Below, piece by piece: positions 58,443-64,000 of a DNA stretch of 64,000 nt (positions are counted from its first letter, which is position 1; each line of letters opens with the position of its first letter). The stretch lies in contig JABIHA010000035.1 in NCBI GenBank assembly GCA_018649885.1, positions 1 to 64,000 on the forward strand, in the 5' to 3' direction. Position numbers and translations under genes: made by a program. This stretch comes from Bacteriovoracaceae bacterium. Lineage in GTDB: Bacteria > Bdellovibrionota > Bacteriovoracia > Bacteriovoracales > Bacteriovoracaceae. The notes below the pieces were generated by a model. That model had not been told where the DNA came from. It saw only the letters and a program-made list of their open reading frames with translations, and searched no databases.

Positions 58443-60182
58443 ATGAAACTACCTATCAAATTTACGACATCGATCATTTTTATTGGCTCTCTATTATTGG
58501 CACTTTGGGTGGGAATGACCCAAGATCCAGTCTTCCGGGTGGAGAAAATCTCTTTGGATGTAAAAGAGGATTCTAGAGGTCTCCATTATACCTATAAGGG
58601 GGAGCCCAGCTATTTTACGGCCATGGAACAGAAGCTTTCGAGCTTAAACCCAGACAGCTTTAGTCAATCTGTTGGAAAAATTCTTCAGGAAAAGAATGTT
58701 AAAGAGGAATTCATTTATATCCAAAATGATGAGGGAAAAAGCTATTTTAAATTAGCGTTAAAAAAGCATTTTAATTTCTTCTCCCTTCTTCCTGCTCTTG
58801 TGGCAGTTTTGCTTTGCTGGCTTACAAAGGAGCCGGTGGTTTCCCTTCTCGGTGGTATCTTCTCGGGCGCATTTATGTTGGGTCTATACGATATTACTGA
58901 AGAAGTTTTTATTCCTACATTCATGACCAAGGGAGCAGCCTCAATCCTTCTTTTGTACCTAATACTCCTCGGTGGAATTATGGGAGTATGGGCAAAAACG
59001 GGAGCCGCTAAGGCCTTTGCTGAATTTATGACTGTTCACTTCGTTAAGGGTCCAAGATCTGCAAAGCTGGTCGCCTGGGCCTTAGGAATTATCTTTTTTC
59101 AAGGGGGAACTGTATCAACTGTTTTGGTTGGCACAACCGTTAAGCCCATTGCTGACAAAGAGAGAATTAGTCACGAAGAGCTCGCCTATATTGTAGACTC
59201 AACAGCTTCTCCCATTGCTTCTCAATTGGCATTCAACGCATGGCCTGGCTACATTCAAAGTTTTATTTTTGTTTCAGGAGTAGCATGGCTTTCAACTGAA
59301 GCAGATCGTTTAACATTTTTCTTCAAAAGCGTTCCTTTTTGTTTTTACGCAATCTTTGCTGTGCTTGGGACTTTTTTATTAAGTATCGATAAGGCACCTT
59401 TTCTGGGTAAACAAATGAAAGAGGCCATAAAAAGAGCGCGAACAACTGGCCTTCTTGACCACCCCGATGCGGAGCCACTAAGTGCAAAAGAATTAGAAAC
59501 TGAGAGTATCCCTGACCACTACAAGCCTCATATCATCGATTTCTTTTTGCCACTTTTAGTTTTGATAGCTGTGGCCATAGGTACTTTTATTAAAAGTGGA
59601 TCACCTCAGGTTAGGTGGGCCTTTGGACTTAGTTTAAGCTGTGGATTTGTTCTCGCTTTGATTCGAGGCATGGGCATCAAAGATCTAGTTGATGGTGTGA
59701 TTGATGGAATCAAAGGGGTGAGCCTTGGGGCGGTGATTCTTCTTTTGGCCATTACCTTAGGCTCTATTTCAAAGCAAACTGGGGGAGGAGACTACCTGGT
59801 TGAGATGTTGGGCCCAACCCTTCCTTACTGGTCCCTTCCTGTTATTTTACAAATTCTCACCATAATCATTGCTTTCTCTACCGGGACCAGCTGGGGGACT
59901 TATGCCATGGCCTTCCCGCTGGCAATGCCATTATCTTGGGCCATTGCAAACTCACAAGGGCTTGCGCATCCAGAGTTTTATATGACAATTTGCTTTGCTG
60001 CTGTCATGGACGGCTCTGTTTTTGGGGATCAATGCTCCCCCATTTCGGATACCACAGTACTGTCTTCCATGTGCTGTGGGTGTGATTTGATGGATCATGT
60101 GAAGACCCAAATCCCTCAGGCAACAGTGGCAGCTGTTCTGGCAGCGGTTTTATGGACTGGAGCTGTCATAGTATTCGCATGA
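58443..60182 (+). CDS. Na+/H+ antiporter NhaC-family transporter
   Basis: SLLPALVAV, ISHEELAYIVDSTASP, AFSTGTSWGT, GDQCSPISDTT, DHVKTQ. Confidence 0.92.
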   Translation: MKLPIKFTTSIIFIGSLLLALWVGMTQDPVFRVEKISLDVKEDSRGLHYTYKGEPSYFTAMEQKLSSLNPDSFSQSVGKILQEKNVKEEFIYIQNDEGKSYFKLALKKHFNFFSLLPALVAVLLCWLTKEPVVSLLGGIFSGAFMLGLYDITEEVFIPTFMTKGAASILLLYLILLGGIMGVWAKTGAAKAFAEFMTVHFVKGPRSAKLVAWALGIIFFQGGTVSTVLVGTTVKPIADKERISHEELAYIVDSTASPIASQLAFNAWPGYIQSFIFVSGVAWLSTEADRLTFFFKSVPFCFYAIFAVLGTFLLSIDKAPFLGKQMKEAIKRARTTGLLDHPDAEPLSAKELETESIPDHYKPHIIDFFLPLLVLIAVAIGTFIKSGSPQVRWAFGLSLSCGFVLALIRGMGIKDLVDGVIDGIKGVSLGAVILLLAITLGSISKQTGGGDYLVEMLGPTLPYWSLPVILQILTIIIAFSTGTSWGTYAMAFPLAMPLSWAIANSQGLAHPEFYMTICFAAVMDGSVFGDQCSPISDTTVLSSMCCGCDLMDHVKTQIPQATVAAVLAAVLWTGAVIVFA

Positions 60183-60293
60183 GTGTTTCAAAAGTGTTGA
60201 AATTTTAAAGATCTAGCACCTGGTAAACTTTTCTAGAAATTTAGCTGAGCTTTGTTTAGGGCCTATACTGCCACCGCACCAACGGAGGAAATT

Positions 60294-60509
60294 ATGCCCA
60301 AACATTACAGACGACAAGGCCGAAGCTTTTATAAAAGATGTGATTCATGGACAATCGGAAAACAAGTTGCGGGAAGCGAATCGGCCAGTGAAGGGGAGGC
60401 GCAAGTAGTTCAAAAGTTATCAGAGCAAACTGCACCTACTGAGATTAAAATAACTTTAAACTGGCCCCTACATTTTTGGCTTAGAGCTACTAGTATCTCG
60501 AGGTTCTAG
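60294..60509 (+). CDS. small hypothetical protein (frame uncertain)
   Basis: TATACT -10 at 60264-60269, GGAGGA RBS, ATG 60294. Confidence 0.4.
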   Translation: MPKHYRRQGRSFYKRCDSWTIGKQVAGSESASEGEAQVVQKLSEQTAPTEIKITLNWPLHFWLRATSISRF

Positions 60510-60714
60510 AGTTCTTTTTGATAGTTTTGATTCTTCTTTTTTCAGCTTGCTCAAGCTTTTCTTTTTTTCTAACGCTTGGCTTTTTGTAGTCTTTTCTTTT
60601 TTTGTATTCTTTTAGGACCCCAAAGTTTTCACACTTTCTTTTAAACTTTCTGAGGGCCTTTTCTGCTGGAAAATCGCCGCTAATTTCTATTAACACATTC
60701 ATGCGTTTATTCAA
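60490..60714 (-). CDS. rpsU: 30S ribosomal protein S21
   Basis: EKALRKFKRKC...GVLKEYKKRKDYKKPSVRKK; AAGGAG RBS, TTG start. Confidence 0.92.
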   Translation of the reverse strand: MNKRMNVLIEISGDFPAEKALRKFKRKCENFGVLKEYKKRKDYKKPSVRKKEKLEQAEKRRIKTIKKNSRTSRY

Positions 60715-60932
60715 AATAAGACTCCTTATGATTTATAGATGGGCGGTATAGTAGCACCATCTTGTATTAACAATCAAATTAGCGGCATGCTCACTGTGAC
60801 CTTGGGGGAGCCGAGCTTTTTGTCCATATTGACGCTTGGGGTCATTATCATTTTTTCAAAAACCCGTCTTTTTTAAAAAATCACAACGCGCGCGTGTTAG
60901 AAATTTTCGCAGACGACAATGAGGGATTAATA

Positions 60933-61946
60933 ATGAGATATTGCATACTTGCCACTACAATTTGGGTTTTAGCTTTTTCTAGTTATGCGAAAAATCCCTG
61001 TCATGTCACTCGTGCCGCCATTGATGTGGGTTCTGGGACTACTAAATTTGCACAGGCCATTGTTGATAAATGCAATGGACGGATTGTTAAAATTCAAAAA
61101 TTTGAAAAAAAACGTGTTCCCCACGCTGACTCACTGGCAAAAAATAATAACTTCTTTGATGAAGAGGTCCAAAAAATGGGAATTAAGACCCTCAAAGAAT
61201 TTTTAAGTAAGCTTGATAATGGTGTTCCTGTTGTGGCCATTGCAACCTCTGCTTTTAGAACAGCTATAAATAGTGACGAATATGTCGAAAAAATTATCAG
61301 TGAAACCTCTCTCAAATTTCATGTTATCTCTCAAGAGCAAGAGGCAGCTTTTGGTCTAAAAGCGGCCAGCTCCCTTGCCGGCGGAAGGCCTTCTGACTTT
61401 CTTGTTTGGGATATTGGCGGAGGCTCAATGCAAATAAGTAGCGCAAACTCAGATGGAGCACAAGGCCCTCAGCTTTCTACTTATTTGGGACATTTGGCAT
61501 CAGTGCCTATGAAAAATTTAATGACTACTCAGGTGCAGAAAAAAGGCAGTTCAAATTCACCCAATCCTGTATCTAAAAAAGAATATAGCGTGGCACTTGG
61601 TAAGGTTGTGGATCTGGCAAAGAGAAGTGTTCAAAAAAGTATTCAAAAAAGTGTGGCCCAAAAAAAGGTTTTGGGGATAGGCGGTGTGATTTACTACAAT
61701 ACCTGCAGCAATATTCCTGGAAAGAAAAAAGGATGCAGTTTTACGGCTGGGGAGCTAGAGCGCTCTATTGCCCGCAAGCTTGGCAAAAGTGATGAAGAGT
61801 TAGGCGGAGGTAAATTTGTTGATGAATCAGTTACTAATCCAATTTTAGTACTTGGCTTTATGAAAGCACTTGGTATTGAAAAAATGCAAACCCTTAAAGT
61901 TTCTATGGCGAATGGTGTTCTAATTGATGAGCTTTTTTGGAAATAG
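60933..61946 (+). CDS. exported Ppx/GppA-family phosphatase (ASKHA fold)
   Basis: signal peptide; AAIDVGSGTTK, ATSAFR, ISQEQEA, WDIGGGSMQ. Confidence 0.88.
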   Translation: MRYCILATTIWVLAFSSYAKNPCHVTRAAIDVGSGTTKFAQAIVDKCNGRIVKIQKFEKKRVPHADSLAKNNNFFDEEVQKMGIKTLKEFLSKLDNGVPVVAIATSAFRTAINSDEYVEKIISETSLKFHVISQEQEAAFGLKAASSLAGGRPSDFLVWDIGGGSMQISSANSDGAQGPQLSTYLGHLASVPMKNLMTTQVQKKGSSNSPNPVSKKEYSVALGKVVDLAKRSVQKSIQKSVAQKKVLGIGGVIYYNTCSNIPGKKKGCSFTAGELERSIARKLGKSDEELGGGKFVDESVTNPILVLGFMKALGIEKMQTLKVSMANGVLIDELFWK

Positions 61947-62034
61947 AGCTGGAAGCTATTAATACTGCGTATAAATACTTCAAAATACTACAACCCTGTC
62001 GGGCTTTGTTGTAAGTTCTCTCTTGAGAGAGACA

Positions 62035-62346
62035 ATGATGGACCAAACACTCAAAAATTATAGATATTTTAGATATTTAGCAATCTCGGTACTGATTGTG
62101 ATGACTCTTTTTCTTGTGGCCACTTCTAAGAATCCACAAGGTTTCTTTGGAATAAATTCCGCGCGTTCAATCCAAAATGAAAGTGTAAGTCTTGATGCCA
62201 CTATCTATTTGGCCTTTAGCTCCTATTTAAATGCCTGTGTTAAAGCAAATAAGGCACTGAGACCACATATTGAGGCTTTTCCGGCCTGTAAAAAACAAGC
62301 AAATGATTTCATTAATACTAATGTGCACGCTATTTTAAAGCAGTAA
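62035..62346 (+). CDS. membrane-anchored hypothetical protein
   Basis: N-terminal TM helix, Cys pair. Confidence 0.65.
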   Translation: MMDQTLKNYRYFRYLAISVLIVMTLFLVATSKNPQGFFGINSARSIQNESVSLDATIYLAFSSYLNACVKANKALRPHIEAFPACKKQANDFINTNVHAILKQ

Positions 62347-62459
62347 AAATATGAAAAATTTACAACCAGGACACTGGAATCCACGAGTGCGGGCCATATA
62401 GAGTAATATGGAATACGCGTGTAGAGCTTTTTTGGAACCTTTGTAAGGATCATGATTTG

Positions 62460-63482
62460 ATGATGAAATTTATTTTATTCACCATTTGTTTTCTACACAC
62501 GTATTCGCTACTGGCAATTCCCAAAAAACCTATAAAAGTATTTTCTCATCCCATTAGGCAAATTAGATTCTGGGATCTTCCCAGTCAACAAAGTGATCAA
62601 TTGGTAAGGCCTGCGGGCACGGCGATGATTGAATATCTTAACTCTTACTCAAGACTAAATGGACATACTGATAAAATTAAAAGCATTCCCATAAGCTCCC
62701 CTGGGTACAAATTGGTATTAAAGGCCTTTGAGCAGATCCCCACCAAGGTAAAAGACCTTGTAAGAGGAAAGTTTTTGGGCATTTTTTTAGTTAAGGGGCT
62801 CCAAACAACAGGATTTGCAGAATACGTCCAAAACGCCCGAGGAAGACCTATGGGCGGTTTTATTGTGCTTGATTGGAGTAAAATTGTAGGTAAATCGGCA
62901 AATGACTTCGCTAGTTGGAAAGAATCTCTACCCTTTGAAGACACTTTGGGAGAATATCGATTCAAAGTAAAGCTGGAAAAGGACCAAGACAATAATACTA
63001 CAAGTGCAATTCGCTACATCCTGATCCATGAACTTGGACACCTGATTTCTGTGGGGAGAGGATTTCACCCCTCTTGGTGGTCTCATCCCAAATACTTTAC
63101 TAACTCAACTACCAGCTTTCCATTTACTCGTTTGAGTTGGACTACGAATGTTGAAAAAGATCGATACCAGCTAAAAGATGAATTTCAAAAAGAGGCGAAT
63201 GTGGGTTTTTACCGTGGAAAAAAACTTTCTGCTAAACTTATTGAGGTGGTCTATAAATCCATGAAAGTCACTCCCTTTCCAACTCTTTATTCTATGCAAA
63301 ACCCATTCGAAGATTGGGCAGATGCCTTTGCTAATTACGTTCATACCCAAATTCTGAAAAGACCTTTTCGGGTGGAAATCTTCAAAAAAGGGAAGCTTAT
63401 CCATAGTGCCTCTCAGTGTTGGAATGAAACGCGCTGCTTTCCAAAAAAGAAAATGTTAGACCGCTTCCTTAAAACTATTTAA
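62460..63482 (+). CDS. secreted putative zinc metallopeptidase
   Basis: signal peptide; LIHELGH and FPTLYS..NPFEDWADAF. Confidence 0.8.
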   Translation: MMKFILFTICFLHTYSLLAIPKKPIKVFSHPIRQIRFWDLPSQQSDQLVRPAGTAMIEYLNSYSRLNGHTDKIKSIPISSPGYKLVLKAFEQIPTKVKDLVRGKFLGIFLVKGLQTTGFAEYVQNARGRPMGGFIVLDWSKIVGKSANDFASWKESLPFEDTLGEYRFKVKLEKDQDNNTTSAIRYILIHELGHLISVGRGFHPSWWSHPKYFTNSTTSFPFTRLSWTTNVEKDRYQLKDEFQKEANVGFYRGKKLSAKLIEVVYKSMKVTPFPTLYSMQNPFEDWADAFANYVHTQILKRPFRVEIFKKGKLIHSASQCWNETRCFPKKKMLDRFLKTI

Positions 63483-63491
63483 AATGGGTGG

Positions 63492-64000
63492 ATGATCAGG
63501 CCCTTATTACTCTTATTTTCCATTTTGACCACCATACTCATCTATTCATGCGCCAGCAATGTAGAGCAGAAATGTCAGCAGCTCTCCTGGAGGCATCTAG
63601 GGAATATGCACGGTGAAGAGGGAAGGGGAGCAGGTGCCTTTGAAAAATTTAAAGAGAAATGTGAAACCGTTGAAGTGGAAGCGGATAGCGGCGAATACTT
63701 CATTGGTCGTCAAAAAGGATTAAAAAAGTTTTGTACCTATGACAGCGGACTTCGCTACGGCAATAGTGGGCGCAAGTATTTTGGAGTTTGTCCCAAGGAA
63801 ACTGAGCAGGATTTTCTGAAAGGGTACCTTTTTGGCAGAAAAGAGCAAAAACTTAGAAAGAAGCAACGACAGCTTGAGGTGAGAGAGAGAAGGCTAAAGG
63901 CCAAAGAAATTGAACTCTATCGCAGGCTTCACACTAATAAATACAAAAAGGCCTGCACCTTTAACCATGAATGCACTATTAAAGATGATTGCTTTAAAGG
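63492..64000 (+). CDS. DUF2799-like lipoprotein, runs off the window
   Basis: MIRPLLLLFSILTTILIYSCAS...CQQLSWRHLG...GRQKGLKKFCT...GVCPKE; open to the edge. Confidence 0.75.
   Translation, partial: MIRPLLLLFSILTTILIYSCASNVEQKCQQLSWRHLGNMHGEEGRGAGAFEKFKEKCETVEVEADSGEYFIGRQKGLKKFCTYDSGLRYGNSGRKYFGVCPKETEQDFLKGYLFGRKEQKLRKKQRQLEVRERRLKAKEIELYRRLHTNKYKKACTFNHECTIKDDCFK

Noticed and set aside
1..64000. tRNA, rRNA, tmRNA or riboswitch
   Set aside because: No recognisable conserved motifs by eye; an Infernal/Rfam scan would be needed to exclude small RNAs

Overview
AT-rich bacterial chromosomal segment with about 55 CDS. No rRNA, tRNA, CRISPR array or intact transposase/integrase was seen. Gene content (many secreted hypotheticals and hydrolases, sigma28-like promoters, CheD-CheB fusion) suggests a predatory Bdellovibrionota/Bacteriovoracales-like organism; this is inference only. 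Main blocks: (1) 1-11 kb variable region with secreted hypotheticals, a receiver-repeat-ankyrin protein and a dispersed intergenic repeat family; (2) 12.5-20.2 kb TetR-SDR-extended SDR-glycyl radical enzyme-activase-MFS operon with a palindromic operator, converging on a eukaryote-type HACD/PHS1 (PTPLA) dehydratase homologue; (3) 30.7-31.9 kb coupled gene pair: a KfrA_N DNA-binding domain fused to a FliG middle domain, plus a stand-alone FliM middle domain, preceded by a palindrome, which is the best candidate for an undescribed system; (4) P2C-like ATPase plus USP; (5) protease, peptidoglycan hydrolase and beta-oxidation genes; (6) a triple C1q-like lipoprotein; (7) a chemotaxis cluster lacking cheY, with an MCP carrying C-terminal NarX/PilJ-type domains and a frameshifted NIT-domain MCP; (8) NhaC, rpsU, exported Ppx/GppA-like protein and a zinc peptidase. 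All family assignments come from motif recognition by eye; no database search was run.
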